Shown: positions 29,696 to 41,805, counted from the stretch's first letter. The stretch is DNA of 64,000 bases from Candidatus Marinacidobacterales bacterium (GCA_965237955.1 OZ250169.1:7904001-7968000), one strand, 5' to 3'. Made by a program: numbers and translations. Notes: generated from the letters alone by a model not told the origin.

Positions 29696-31357
29696 ATGAA
29701 GAAAATCCGCTGTGCCATCTATACGCGAAAGAGCGCGGAAGAAGGTCTCGAACAGGAGTTCAACTCCCTCGATGCGCAGCGAGAAGCCTGCGCCGCGTAT
29801 GTCGCGAGCCACAAGGCGGAGGGCTGGGTGCTGCTGCCAACCGTCTACGAGGACGCGGGGCTCTCGGGAGGAACCCTGGAGCGCCCGGGCCTGCAGCGCT
29901 TGCTCGCCGACATCGACGCCGGTCTCGTCGAGCAGATCGTGGTCTACAAGGTCGACCGGCTGACCCGTTCCCTCTCCGACTTTGCAAAGCTCGTCGAACG
30001 GCTCGAGGCGGCCGGCGCGGTTTTCGTCTCGGTGACTCAGTCCTTCAACACCGCGACCAGCATGGGACGACTGACGCTGCATATGCTGCTGTCCTTCGCA
30101 CAATTCGAACGCGAGGTCACGGCCGAGCGGATCCGCGATAAGGTCGCTGCCTCCAAGCGCAAGGGACTATGGATGGGCGGCCGCGTACCGCTCGGCTATG
30201 AGAAGGACGAGCGCACGCTGCGCATCAACGAGGCTGAGGCCGAAACGGTCCGGACGCTCTATGCGCTGTACCGGAAGCACGGAACGCTCCGGCAGGTGAA
30301 GGCCGAGGCGGACCGTCTGAGGCTGCGCACCAAGCGACGCTTCGCCGCGGATGGAACCCGGACAGGCGGGTTGCCGTTCCGTCGCGGACACCTCCACTGC
30401 CTGCTGACCAATCCTCTCTACGCCGGCCGCATCCGGCACCAGAGGCGTGTCTACGAGGGCCAGCATCCATCGATCATTGCTCCGGAGCTCTGGGACGCGG
30501 TCCAAACGCAGCTGCAGGCAGGGGCTGCCAAACCGAGGAAACGCACGACGAAGGGTCGTGCAGCCCGTTCCCCACTGGCAGGCAAGCTCTTCGACGAGAC
30601 CGGGGACCGGCTGACGCCAAGCCACACCAAAAAGAAAAACGGGCAACGGCTCCGCTACTACGTCTCCCGGCGCCTCATCCAGCACAGTGGCCAAAAGGAC
30701 CTCTCCGGCTGGCGACTGCCCGCCCCGATGCTGGAACAGACCGCCGTGCATCTCATCCGACAGCATGTGGATACCACGACCTTCTCGGCCTCGTTGATCC
30801 ACACTCCGACGATGCAAGAGCTCGCCTCGGTGCGTCGCTTTTTAGACGGGCTGTGTTCCGGTAGTAATAATGATAGTGCCGCGGTAGCCCCCCTGCTCCG
30901 TCTCATCCGGCGGGTCGATATCAGCCCCGGCTCTGTGTCCATCCTGCTCGACCGCAATGCGTTCGCTGCTTGCCTCTCTATGGGACCCGAGCGCATTCGC
31001 GAGGATACACTCCGCATCCTCGCACCGTTCCGCTTGCGTCGACGCGGCGTCGAGACCAAGCTCGTTCTGGGCAACCCCACGAAATCCGTCGACCGCACAC
31101 TCCTGCGCAATATCGCCAACGCCCTCTCCTGGCTCGACCGAATCAAAGCAGGCAAAACCTATGAGCAGATTGCCACCGAAAACGCCATCCCAACGGACCG
31201 CGTGCGCAAGGCAATCCGCTATGCCTTCCTGGCCCCCGACATCGTCCGCGCCATTGTCGAAGGCCGCCAGCCCGTTGGGCTGACCTCGAGCTACCTCTTG
31301 CATCATCCGCTTCCCGACGATTGGGAGAAACAGCGAGTGCTCGTCAAAACGCTGTGA
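29696..31357 (+). CDS. Large serine recombinase, intact (553 aa)
   Basis: AIYTRKS, DRLTRS, FAQFEREV..ERIRD, NPLYAG; C-terminal HTH-like AFLAPDIV segment. Confidence 0.95.
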   Translation: MKKIRCAIYTRKSAEEGLEQEFNSLDAQREACAAYVASHKAEGWVLLPTVYEDAGLSGGTLERPGLQRLLADIDAGLVEQIVVYKVDRLTRSLSDFAKLVERLEAAGAVFVSVTQSFNTATSMGRLTLHMLLSFAQFEREVTAERIRDKVAASKRKGLWMGGRVPLGYEKDERTLRINEAEAETVRTLYALYRKHGTLRQVKAEADRLRLRTKRRFAADGTRTGGLPFRRGHLHCLLTNPLYAGRIRHQRRVYEGQHPSIIAPELWDAVQTQLQAGAAKPRKRTTKGRAARSPLAGKLFDETGDRLTPSHTKKKNGQRLRYYVSRRLIQHSGQKDLSGWRLPAPMLEQTAVHLIRQHVDTTTFSASLIHTPTMQELASVRRFLDGLCSGSNNDSAAVAPLLRLIRRVDISPGSVSILLDRNAFAACLSMGPERIREDTLRILAPFRLRRRGVETKLVLGNPTKSVDRTLLRNIANALSWLDRIKAGKTYEQIATENAIPTDRVRKAIRYAFLAPDIVRAIVEGRQPVGLTSSYLLHHPLPDDWEKQRVLVKTL

Positions 31358-31412
31358 GCCTGCCAGCGCCCACTCCGTGAATGGGCTCGGTTAGCAGCAA
31401 GCTGCTCTCCGA

Positions 31413-32499
31413 TGCCTTGGTGCACAACTCCGATAGAGGCCGAGAGCTCGCTTGGCCCCGACTCCCATCATCCGATCATCTCGCTATCAGGCATCCCGAG
31501 CGCCGTCATGGTGTTGAGAATCTTGCACCCGATCCTTGCCTCGACTCTCTGTGCCGCCAACCCTCTCGCTCGCATCGCTGAGCCCACGATAGCCTTGTAG
31601 CGATGGAACGTTGTCTCGACTTTGCTCCGTTTGCTGTAGCCCGATTCTGTGTGCCACTTTCGTTTGCCGAGCCGAGCTTGTGCTGCAATGTTGCGATTGC
31701 GCTGTCGGCTGCTCGCCGGCCCCGATGCGAGCTGGGCGCCCTTGCGCGGCGGTATCAGCACCCTCGGCGAGCGATGAGCGCTGTGATTCTCGATCGCCTC
31801 ATAGACGCCGCTGGCGTCGTATGCGGTGTCAGCTCTGGCCGATGAGATGGGACTGTCGATCTGTCCGACAAGCGATGCAACCCGCGATGAATCGCGGGCT
31901 CTTTTGCTCGTCAGCTCGCCGGCGACGACTTCGCCAGTCTGCTCGTCGACACACAGATGGAGCTTGCGATAGTCCCTGCTATTTGGTGCTCTGCGCAGCT
32001 GGCCGGCGTGGACAGCGAGACCGCTACTGTCGATCAAGATGTGCAACGGCGTCTTCTGCTTGTCTTGGTAGAAGGGGACCTTACCCAGCTTCGCCTTGCG
32101 CCTCGAAATCGTGGTGTGATCGGGCACATCATTGTCTAGCTTCATCAGAGCGAACAACGATCGCAGCAATCCCTCGCTCTGCCTAGATGACAGATGAAAC
32201 ACCATGCCCAGGGTGACAGCCGTCTCGATGGCGTGGTTCGAGTACTTGCGTTGACGGCCCGGTTTCCTCCTCCTCGGCCGGGGCGCGTCCCAGTTCACAA
32301 GCTTGCCGGCGGTGAGCGAGATCCAGACGGTCAGGCTCCCACGGTTGCGTAGACCCGCCTCATATTCACGCCAATTCCTCACGCGATAGGCCTTCTTCAC
32401 ATACTTCCGCTGAGTGCGTTTGAAAATGCTCATGGGGAACCTCGAATCCGTGAGTACAGGACAATTGTGGACCGAGATCGCGAGTTGTGCACCAAGGCA
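31413..32499 (-). mobile_element. IS5 family, IS903 group element B (transposase 31468-32433, intact)
   Basis: Perfect 18-bp IR TGCCTTGGTGCACAACTC; YRVRNWREYEAGLRNRGSLTVW. Confidence 0.95.
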
Positions 32500-34101
32500 G
32501 AAGAACTATGGCAAAGGCGTCACGTTTTCCGAAGTCGACGGCCAGGGCCGGATTTACCTCGTGAGCCCGGCGTTCAACCTCCACGCGCTTCACGCCAACA
32601 ACGGTCGTCCCGTCGAGCAGTTCGGTAACGAAGGCATGGTGGACATCCTCGACGACTTCGGGTACCCACATGATCCGAACCTGGGTATCCCGCTCGAGAC
32701 CGGCTACGTCACGAGCTCATCGCCGGCGATTGTCGTGAACGGCGTCATCGTCATCGGGAACACGCATCAGCAGGGCTATTACCAGACGCGTCGGGAGAAC
32801 GTCCCGGGGCACATCATGGCGTACGACGCCAAGACGGGTGAGTTCTTGTGGAAGTTCAACATCATCCTGCAGCCGGGCGAGTTCGGGCACGACACGTGGG
32901 AGAACGACGCGTGGTCTTACACCGGGAACGTATCGACGTGGGCGCCGTTGTCGGCAGACCCCGAGCTCGGGCTCGTCTACTTCGCGACCGATCCGCCGAC
33001 GAACGATTTCTACGGGGGCTTTCATCCCGGAGCCAACTTGTTCTCGACGACCATCATGGCGGTCGACGTGAAGACTGGCAAGCGCGCGTGGCACTTCCAA
33101 ACCGTCCATCACGACATCTGGAACTACGACAATCCGACCGCACCCACGCTCGTCGACATCACTCAGAACGGAGAGAAGATTCCGGTGCTGGTGCAGACGA
33201 CGAAACAGGCGTTCGCGTACGTGTTGAACCGTAAGACCGGTGAGCCCATCTGGCCTATCGAGGAGCGGCCGGTGCCGCAAACGACGGTTCCGGGCGAGAA
33301 GACGTCACCGACGCAGCCGTTTCCGACGAAACCTGCAGCGTACGACAAGCAGGGCCTCACCGAAGACGACTTGATCGACTTTACTCCCGAGCTTCGCGCG
33401 GAGGCAGTCGAGGTCATCAAGAAGTTCAAGACCGGTCCGCCTTTCAATCCGCCCTTGCACCGCGATAACAGCGACGGCTATGTCGGTTCGCTCCATTGCC
33501 CGGGTGGCGCCACCAACATCATGGGCGGAGCTGCTGTGGACCCGGAGACGGCGATCCTCTACGTCGCGTCCGTCGCGGGCTGTTCCTCGCCAAATCTCAT
33601 TCCCGGTGAAGAAATGGACGATCCCGACAAGGAGTTCAAGACAGGAAGACCGTCATGCGATGGGTCAGCGGGCCTCGGGCCTTTGGCCGGATGAGCGTTC
33701 AAGGATTATCGATTCTCAAACCACCCTACGGCAAGATCACGGCGATCGATCTGAACACGGGGGAGCACCTGTGGTGGATTCCGAACGGTGATACCCCGGA
33801 TTTCGTGAAGAACCACAAAGCGCTCCAGGGAGTCGATATCGGAAACACCGGCCAACGCGCCCACGCCACCGCGCTCGTCACCAAAACACTCCTCATGTAC
33901 GGCGAGGGAAGAAACGGCGAGCCGCGGTTCCACGCGGTGAACAAGAAGACCAGTGAGCACATCGGTGTCGTGGATATCCCGGCCCCGACCAACCAGGCGC
34001 CGATGAGCTACGTGCACGACGGCAAGCAATACATCGTCGTGGCGATTGCGAGCAACACCCATCCAGGCTCGTTGGTCGCGCTCGCGCTGGCGGAGGAGTA
34101 A
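32500..34101 (+). pseudogene. PQQ-dependent (glucose/quinate-type) dehydrogenase, 5' truncated, frameshift near 33650
   Basis: WHFQTVHHDIWNYD, PIEERPVP, SPTQPFP, KPPYG, PMSYVHDGKQYIVVA. Confidence 0.9.
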
Positions 34102-34124
34102 CAGCGAAACCCCGCCGTCGAGGC

Positions 34125-34793
34125 TCAAGTGCTTCGGCGGCGGGATCGTAACTGTGCGAGCCCGTCCTCGACTTCCTCGCGCGGTAGCTTGCCCTTAGCG
34201 AGCTCGTCATCGCTTTTCGCGAGCAGGCGCTGGTAGAGCTCGATGCCGGGGACGATGACGTCTTCGTGTCCCGCGTCGACGAGCTCGAAGAGAACGTCCT
34301 CCGCGTCCGCGAAATCACCTTGTCGCTCGTAGTGGAAGACCAGTTTCTTTTGAACGGCGGGTACGGGGGGATAAGCGGACAGAGCCTCGGTGAGAGCTTC
34401 GATCCGGCGCAAGTAACGGCCGGCGTCAGGAATGCGATCGAGGCTCTCCCGACCCGAAACCTCGAGCAGCAACGAGAAGGCGCGTATCCGTGCGTGGTAC
34501 GCGGTTTCTTCCTGGCCTTGGAGACTTTTTATCTCACCGTGCTCGTAGAGAAGCTCCGCGACGACGATACATTTGCCGGCATCGAGGCTGCCGCCGGGGC
34601 TGAAGAGGGTGAGGATCTGATCGACAGGAATGGCAAGCAACGTTTCGACGTCGAGGCCTACGAGGTTTTTGGCCGCCTCGGCGATGGCGAGCTCGGCTTC
34701 GTCGTACCGTTTGGCTTTCTTGAACGTGAGGACCGCGCCCAGGGTCTTGGCGAGCTGCTCGACGAGCCGGAGGATGTAGTCGCGCTGGAACAC
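34125..34793 (-). CDS. DUF6483-like helical protein
   Basis: GTG start (V)FQRDYILRLVEQL; FADAEDVLFELV; LPREEVEDGL. Confidence 0.65.
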   Translation of the reverse strand: MFQRDYILRLVEQLAKTLGAVLTFKKAKRYDEAELAIAEAAKNLVGLDVETLLAIPVDQILTLFSPGGSLDAGKCIVVAELLYEHGEIKSLQGQEETAYHARIRAFSLLLEVSGRESLDRIPDAGRYLRRIEALTEALSAYPPVPAVQKKLVFHYERQGDFADAEDVLFELVDAGHEDVIVPGIELYQRLLAKSDDELAKGKLPREEVEDGLAQLRSRRRST

Positions 34794-34798
34794 GCCGT

Positions 34799-35275
34799 CT
34801 AGTGGGTCAACGCATAAATAATGTAGTTGACGCCGAGTTTGTAGCCTTCGTTGGAGAGCTCGATGGGGTAGTACCCGTGTTCGGACCACTCCCAGTACTC
34901 GCCGATATCGTTGTTGAAGTTGGCGATCACTTGGACGCGGCCGGCGTCGTCGCGGACACCCCAGAACGAGGGCGCCCACCTTCCGGTGGGGTTGGTCATT
35001 GCCAAGGATTTGATGTGGAAAAAACTCTGGAAGACGGGATCCTCGAGCTCGAGGAGCTCGAGGTGTCGTCCTGGTAGCACGAGCGTCATGCAGGATTCGA
35101 AGTTCTCCCAATCCCACGGTCCGTCGAAGTCGTCGAAAATCGCGAAGCCTCCGCGACCGAGATAGTCGCGAAAATTCTCGGCTTCTTCGGGAGTGATGGC
35201 CCAGTCGCCGGGCTCGCTGAAATAGAGGATTGGATACCGCATGATCTCGTCGCTCGCGAGCTGAACGATCGTATG
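34799..35275 (-). pseudogene. DUF4159 domain protein, 5' truncated by IS6
   Basis: YPILYFSEPG, GGFAIFDDF, NNDIGEYWEWS, LGVNYIIYALTH. Confidence 0.8.
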
Positions 35276-36081
35276 GGTATTGTCAAGTTGACGTTGAGCG
35301 AGCGAACCTATCGCGTCGAGCTGACTTCCTTTGCTCTCATCGGACGGCACAGGTTACCTCCTGCCAGACGATGAAAGCGCGGTCTCGTAGCTCCCGATGA
35401 TGATGCGCTTGCAACAAATGCCGTCCGACGCGAAAGAGATTTTGCACGAGTCCATGCACGGTCAAGAATCGTTGCGCCTGCCCAGGAGCTTTAAACTTCC
35501 GCATCTGTCGTTCCCGTTGTCGCGTCGGTTCGTGCGAGACTTCGGCTAGGTTGTTTCTGTACTGGTCAGTGTCGTGGACGACGGACGGCATGACCTCGCG
35601 GTGAGCGGCGCTGTAGCTTCTCAGTTTGTCGGTGACCAGCTGCCAGGGCGGACGGCCTTGCCCCTTCAACAGCTTGCGGAAGAATCGTTTGGCGGCTTTC
35701 TGATCACGGCGAGGCTGGACGAGGATATCGATTACATCACCATCTTGGTCTACCGCGCGCCAGAGGTATTGGCGTTCACCTTGTATCTTTATGAAGACCT
35801 CGTCCAGGTGCCATGTGTCACCGAGACGACCCTGCCGACGCTTCAGTCGCCGAGCGTATTCCGGCCCGAACTTAATGCACCACAGTCGGACCGCTTCGTA
35901 AGAAACCGTGATGCCTCGCTGAGCGAGCAACTCTTCGACGTTTCGAAAGCTCACGCAGAATCGGTGGTAGAGCCAGACGGCGTGGCTGATGATTTCCGGT
36001 GGAAATCGATAGCCGTGGTAGCTTGGCGCATCGGTCTTCATTGGACCATTCTGTCAGTCACCAGCTCAATTTGACAATACC
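35276..36081 (-). mobile_element. IS6 family element (transposase 35337-36041)
   Basis: Near-identical to 28534-29339. Confidence 0.96.
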
Positions 36082-37456
36082 CTCCAACATCTCCCAGCTC
36101 AGCGTGCCCCCCGGCGGCACCTTCCGCTACGAGCTTCCGCTGCTGGTAGCGGGGACCTTCTGGTACCACCCGCACATCCGAACCGACAGCCAGGTCGAGC
36201 GCGGGCTCCACGCCCTTCTGATCGTCCGCGATCCGGTCGAGGACACGGCGCTCGGGCTGCCGACGAGAGAGCACCTCTTCGTGCTCGACGACACGTTGCT
36301 CGACGCCTCCGGCCAGGTGGTCCCGCCCCGCACCAGCGGCGGCGACAGGGAGACGGTGGCCCTCGAGATTCTCAACGGCCGGGAGGGTAGCATCCCCCTG
36401 TTGAACGGGGTTTCCAGGCCGCGCCTCTCCATGGAGAGTGGAGTGCCCCACCGCATCCGCATCCTCAACGCCGCCAACTCGCGCATCATGCGCATGGGCT
36501 TCGTCGACCACGTGATGTGGCGCATCGGCGGCGACCAGGGCCTGCTCGAGCGACCGATCGAGATCCAGCCACCGCTCTCCGACACCCGAACGAGTGCGCC
36601 GTCGAGCGAGCCCGGATTCTCCGACCCCAACCCCAGCACGGGCCTCTTCATCACCCCGGGCGAGCGGGCCGACGTGGTCCTTTCGTTCTCCGGCTCGGGC
36701 TCCCTCGCGTTCCTGTGGCACGACACCCGGCGCGGCCGCCACAGCGTCGAGTTCCACCCCGACGCCACCTGCCCTCCCGAGGAACGCCTTTGCCGACAGG
36801 GCGTGTCCCTGGCCCACAACACGCCCGACGGCACCCTGCCCTGGCTCGTCTACGCCCAGATCGACCTCTTCGGCGCGAACGCTACCACCTATACCCCGCC
36901 AGCGGAACTCCGAACCATCCAGCGCATCGACACGACCGGCGCGACGGCGCTGCCGCTGACCCTGGGTCACACCTTTCCCAACTTCACCTCCGGCACGTTG
37001 GCCGCCTTCATCCAGGGTCTCGGCAAACCCTTCCCCCTCGTGACGCCCGAGGACGCCCACAAAGTGAGTGCCGGTGGCACCTACGTGTGGGAGGTCAGGA
37101 ACCTCACCGACGGACTCCACAACTTCCACCTCCACGGCTGGAGCTTCCAGAAGATCGAGACCGAGTGGGTGGATATGGACGATCCCGGGAACCCCTTGAA
37201 AAACTTCGTGGTGCCGGCCACCGTCCTGGAGAACAAGGACACCCAGCTCCTGCCAGGGCGCGTAGGCAGCGTCATTGGCCGGAGCTGGACCATCTCGCGC
37301 TTCGCCGTCACCTTCGTCGACCGCGGCCGCCCGGGTCAGGTGGCGGCGGCGGGCAAAGCGCCCACGGCCCAGCGCTCCGGCGGCTGGCTCATCCACTGCC
37401 ACATCCTGGAGCACTCCGCCGCCGGCATGATGAGCTTTTTCGAGGTCTCCAACTAA
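36082..37456 (+). pseudogene. Multicopper oxidase, 5' truncated by IS6
   Basis: GTFWYHPH, HNFHLHG and HCHILEH...GMM copper motifs. Confidence 0.92.
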
Positions 37457-37534
37457 GCATCGTACGCGCAGGGCTCGCGATCTATCTGGGTAGAAACTCC
37501 AGTGCTGCATGGAGCGTCCGTTTCATACAATAGC

Positions 37535-37695
37535 GGGAGCATCCGGGAACCGAGGCCGACTCAACACTGGTGCGATCCAGCCCGTAACTAAGCATGGCCC
37601 GGGGATGTTTCGGCACTGTCAGTGGTGACACGCGTGAGCGTGATCCCGTTTAGGAGAATGTAACGAATGCCCATCCCTGTTCCCGGATGCTTCAC
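37535..37695 (+). ncRNA. Candidate bridge RNA in IS110 left end
   Basis: 13-bp stem AGCATCCGGGAAC/GTTCCCGGATGCT; TACAAT immediately upstream. Confidence 0.5.
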
Positions 37696-37700
37696 GAAGT

Positions 37701-39104
37701 ATGAAGGAGCATCTGATGAAGCACAATCGTCGTCAACCCAAGAAGCGGACTTCTCCATCCCTGCTGAAGCAAATCAACGTGAATGTCGCTGGGATCGATT
37801 GCGGCTCGGCCGAGCATTTCGTCGCAGTTCCACCGGAGCGCGATCCTAAACCGATCCGTTCCTTCAGGAGTTTCACGGCCGATCTTCATCGGCTCGCCGA
37901 CTGGCTCGCGACTTGCGGCGTGACGAGCATCGCGATGGAGTCGACCGGCGTCTACTGGATCGCACTGTATGAAATCCTCGAAGCCCGTGGCTTCCAGGTC
38001 CTCTTGGTCAACGCGCGCCACGTCAAAAACGTCCCGGGGCGCAAGAGCGATGTCAGCGATTGCGAATGGCTCCGGGAGTTGCACAGCGTGGGGTTGCTCC
38101 GCGGAAGCTTTCGACCCGAAGCAGCCATCACCGCCCTTCGTGGCTACCTCCGCCACCGAGAGACTCTCGTTCAGAGTGCGGTAACCCATATCCAGCGCAT
38201 GCAGAAGGCTCTCGTGCAAATGAATCTTCAACTCCACCTTGTGGTCACTGATATCACGGGTGTCACTGGCATGCGGATTCTACGAGACATCGTTGCCGGA
38301 CAAACCGACCCCCATCGGCTCGCTAAGCACCGTGACCACCGTTGTCAGTCCTCCGAGGCCGAGATCGCCGCTGCACTCACCGGCAACTATCGCCCCGAGC
38401 ACCTCTTCGCTCTCAAGCAGAACCTCGAACTCTTTGATGCTTTTCAGCTCCAGATCCAAACCTGTGACGTGGCCATCGAATCGCACCTGCAGCTTCTAGC
38501 TCAACGCTCAACCCCGAACACCTCCTTGCCACCGCCTCGAAAATCGCGCAAGCCCCGAGTGAACGAACCTCGGTTCGAGCTCCGGCCTCTCCTCCACCAG
38601 ATCGCCGGGGTCGACCTCTCCCAGATCGACGCCATCGGACCCTATTCCGCGCTTCGCTTGCTCGCCGAGATCGGTACCGATATGAACCGATGGCCTACTG
38701 AAAAGCACTTCACTTCCTGGCTTACCCTCGCGCCCAATAACAAAATCTCCGGCGGGCGACTCCTCAGCTCGAAAACACAACCCTCTGCAAACCGGGCCGC
38801 TGGCATTCTCCGCATGGCCGCACTCAGCCTCGGGCGTACACAGACCGCTCTCGGCGCCTACTATCGACGTCTCGCCTATCGCGTCGGTAAATCCAAAGCC
38901 ATCACCGCCACCGCTCGAAAGCTCGCCATTCTCGTCTACCGCACTCTCAAGGATGGGCTCGTCTATCAAGACCCCGGGGCCGCCGCCTACAACGCTCAAG
39001 ATCGCTCCCGTGCCGTGCGCCGCCTGACCCAACGCGCCGCTGACCTCGGTTTCGCTCTCATCGACACTCAAACGGGCGACGTCGTTCAGGCGGTAGTTTC
39101 TTAG
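37701..39104 (+). CDS. IS110 transposase/recombinase
   Basis: GID, MESTGVYW, KSDVSDC (DEDD RuvC); ISGG serine loop; ATARKLA. Confidence 0.95.
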   Translation: MKEHLMKHNRRQPKKRTSPSLLKQINVNVAGIDCGSAEHFVAVPPERDPKPIRSFRSFTADLHRLADWLATCGVTSIAMESTGVYWIALYEILEARGFQVLLVNARHVKNVPGRKSDVSDCEWLRELHSVGLLRGSFRPEAAITALRGYLRHRETLVQSAVTHIQRMQKALVQMNLQLHLVVTDITGVTGMRILRDIVAGQTDPHRLAKHRDHRCQSSEAEIAAALTGNYRPEHLFALKQNLELFDAFQLQIQTCDVAIESHLQLLAQRSTPNTSLPPPRKSRKPRVNEPRFELRPLLHQIAGVDLSQIDAIGPYSALRLLAEIGTDMNRWPTEKHFTSWLTLAPNNKISGGRLLSSKTQPSANRAAGILRMAALSLGRTQTALGAYYRRLAYRVGKSKAITATARKLAILVYRTLKDGLVYQDPGAAAYNAQDRSRAVRRLTQRAADLGFALIDTQTGDVVQAVVS

Positions 39105-39513
39105 GAGGACTCGAAGACGTAGTACATTCCGGTAGCGGTCTCGTAGTACAGGCCTCCCATCGCACCGGGCAGGGTTACCTGGTGGTAGCCGACGACGTTT
39201 GAAGAAGGACCGCGGTGACAAATGCATCGACGGCGTTTCCTGACGATCCCGTCCTGTGCCAAAACTCGGCCCTTTTGAAATAGACCACAAATCAGCAGCT
39301 TAGACGCCCTTGGAATCCGCGCAGAATCGAGTGTATTTCGCGCCGCAGGGCTGGCTTCCGACCCCAGAGCTGCGGGTGGCGAGCGACAGGCCCACCGGGG
39401 GTGCGCACGGCTGGCTCAAATCGGCTGCGGGGCGAGCTACGGGCAGTGAACTTCGCACCCGGAAGTCCCTCATTAGACTGGACTTTATCGAGCACAAGAG
39501 CGAACGTTCGGTG

Positions 39514-39945
39514 ATGCCGCAGGATACAGGGGTTGGCCGGAACGTCGTTTTGGACGGTTTGGACTTCGCCAGCTTACGGCGGGTCTGGGAGCAGACCTTT
39601 GGGGCTGCTCCTCCAAGCTCGCTCTCGCGTGTTTTCCTGCGCCGCGTTCTCTTGCACGAACGCCAGTGCCGGACCCATGGCGGGCTTTCGGCCGCAACCC
39701 GGCGCGCTCTGGCTGCCATGGCGAACGAGACACCAAGCTCCGGCGCTCCCGCAGGGTCCGTTTCTGCCGGCACCCATCTCGTCCGCGAGTGGAATGGCCG
39801 GACCTACCAGGTCGAGGTAATCGACAACGGCTATCGGTTCGATGGCAAAACCTATCCGTCCCTCACTACCATCGCCAAGCGAATCACCGGAACCCACTGG
39901 TCAGGACCACGCTTTTTCGGTCTCACGCCCAAGCGCAAGGCCTAA
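39514..39945 (+). CDS. DUF2924 (module copy 5)
   Basis: Intact. It is followed by the LSR start (39947-40059), which is cut by IS903-A. Confidence 0.9.
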   Translation: MPQDTGVGRNVVLDGLDFASLRRVWEQTFGAAPPSSLSRVFLRRVLLHERQCRTHGGLSAATRRALAAMANETPSSGAPAGSVSAGTHLVREWNGRTYQVEVIDNGYRFDGKTYPSLTTIAKRITGTHWSGPRFFGLTPKRKA

Positions 39946-40059
39946 CATGAAGAAGATCCGCTGTGCCATCTATACGCGAAAGAGTGCGGAAGAGGGTCTC
40001 GAACAGGAGTTCAACTCCCTCGATGCGCAGCGAGAAGCCTGCGCCGCGTATGTCGCGAG

Positions 40060-40558
40060 GGCGTTGTTGCACGGCCCGGAGCAAATCGCTGACCTCCCTG
40101 TGCCGGTTGCAGAGTCACCCGGCGCAGTACGTATCGGGCATCCCGAGCGCAGCCATCTTGTTGAGTATCTCGCACCCAATTCGGTGTTCAACTCGTTGCC
40201 TCGCCAACGTTCGAGCCCGCATCTCCGGCCCGATGATCGCCTTGTAACGATAGACCGCGTTCTCCACCATGCTTCGCTTGGTGTAGCCTGAGAGCTTGTA
40301 CCATTCACGTCGGCCGTGTCTTTCGATTGCACGAATATGGCGATCGCGCTCCTGCATGGCGGTGTTCGAATTCTGACTGAGCGTCGCGTTTCGTTGCGGC
40401 GGAATCACCACGCGCGTCCTTCGTCCAGGACTGTGCGCTTCGATGGCTTCGTAGACCGCTTCCTTGTCGTATGCACTGTCCGCCGCCACCGACACTAGAG
40501 GTGCTTGAATCTGTGTTAGCAAAGCGGGGACTCGGGTTGTGTCGCGAGCTCGTGACGC
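40060..40558 (-). mobile_element. IS903-group element A, 3' half
   Basis: Near-identical to the other copies; cut by the IS481-like end at 40559. Confidence 0.93.
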
Positions 40559-41151
40559 CGTCCTGTGCCAAAACTCGGCCCTTTTGAAATAGCCCCATAA
40601 ATCAGCAGCTTAGTGTCTGTGTTTGAGGTTCTTGAGTGCGCCCCGCAGGCGCGTATATCCCCACGTCGGGTTCTCTCGCGCCACGCGTACAATGAGCTCA
40701 CGGATGTCCTTCGCCGTCGGAGGCCGGCCTGGGCTCCGGTTCTTGCTGCCATCGTACTTGGCTGCGATGACGTAGCGGTACCAGCGCAGAAGCGTAGCGG
40801 GTGTGGCAACGGACGCAATCTGGGCCAGCGCCTCGCGGCCCAAAGCCTGGGCCTTGACGGCGAGCCTGCGCCGGTCGTCGTCAGAGAGCCTGAGACACTT
40901 GCCCCGAAGCCCGGCTCGGAGCACACGGTTCTCCTCTCGCAGGTAGTCGATCACATCCTGCTGCTGGCGGTTGACCCAGCCAGCTAGAACGAGCAGTAGG
41001 AATTGCACGTGGTACGTCATCATGGATCTGAAGATAACACCCTCGGGCCAGACGATTGTAAAGCCTACGGCCCTTGGCCCCGGCGCAAACACAGACACTA
41101 AGCTGCTGATTTATGGTCTATTTCAAAAGGGCCGAGTTTTGGCACAGGACG
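40559..41151 (-). mobile_element. 593-bp element bounded by two inward-facing IS481-like left ends, with transposase N-terminus (ATG 41023)
   Basis: Homologous to 21960-22485. Confidence 0.85.
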
Positions 41152-41286
41152 GGGACCGGCGTGCTCATGACCGAGGATTCTAGCTCCCATTGGCCAATCA
41201 AACGTAGATACGTCTATTCCGAAACGTCCCGGCGGGCCGGTCTTGAGTTCGTTTGTGTTTTTGGACACGACGCCCTACCGCGGTCC

Positions 41287-41718
41287 TCAGACTTGGAAGC
41301 TACCATGCTGGGCGCGACCCCGAACTAACTTTCGAATGTGTCGCTTGTCGTAGTATCGTCCGATACCGATACCAGGACAGTGCTCTCGCGCCGTGTTCCA
41401 CTGTGAACGAGTAGCGATTGGCGAGTCTTTGCCCGGCGTGAAGGGGAAGTTCCGGCACTGCGTCGGCCGCACGTCGTAGATCCCACAGCCCTTCGTTCTC
41501 GGATCCAGGAATACGCAGGTGCCCGAAGCCTCCGATAGAACGCGATGGTCGCCACGTTCCTCAATCGCCCACGCAACCCCAGCCGTCTGCAACCGACCCA
41601 CATCGCGCTTGCTCAAAAAGACGCCCTCGACGTCACCCTTGCCGAACATTGACTGTGAGCAGCAGTGACCGCAGTCTGGTTGGCACTCGAATCTCAAACC
41701 TTTCTTAATCCATCTCAT
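41287..41718 (-). CDS. YkgJ family cysteine-cluster (Fe-S/Zn) protein
   Basis: FECQPDCGHCC, CVFLD, CGIYDVRPTQCRNFPF, CPGIG. Confidence 0.85.
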   Translation of the reverse strand: MRWIKKGLRFECQPDCGHCCSQSMFGKGDVEGVFLSKRDVGRLQTAGVAWAIEERGDHRVLSEASGTCVFLDPRTKGCGIYDVRPTQCRNFPFTPGKDSPIATRSQWNTAREHCPGIGIGRYYDKRHIRKLVRGRAQHGSFQV

Positions 41719-41805
41719 TCCATGTACCGCGCAGTCGCCGCTCGGAGCTCCCGACTCGGACCCCTCATTCGTCCTCTTGCGCTCCGACTGGCATGAACAG
41801 CATCC

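Larger units (their letters stand above)
37511..39107 (+). mobile_element. IS110 family element
   Basis: Long non-coding left end, very short right end, GGAG at both proposed boundaries (boundaries inferred). Confidence 0.8.

Noticed and set aside
28534-36081. IS6 composite transposon
   Set aside because: The copies are inverted, have no shared 8-bp TSD, and all flanks are truncated independently.
3859-41151. Dispersed 54-bp repeat as an integron-like cassette array
   Set aside because: Orientations are mixed, the repeat truncates genes rather than bounding them, and it is attached to an rve transposase.
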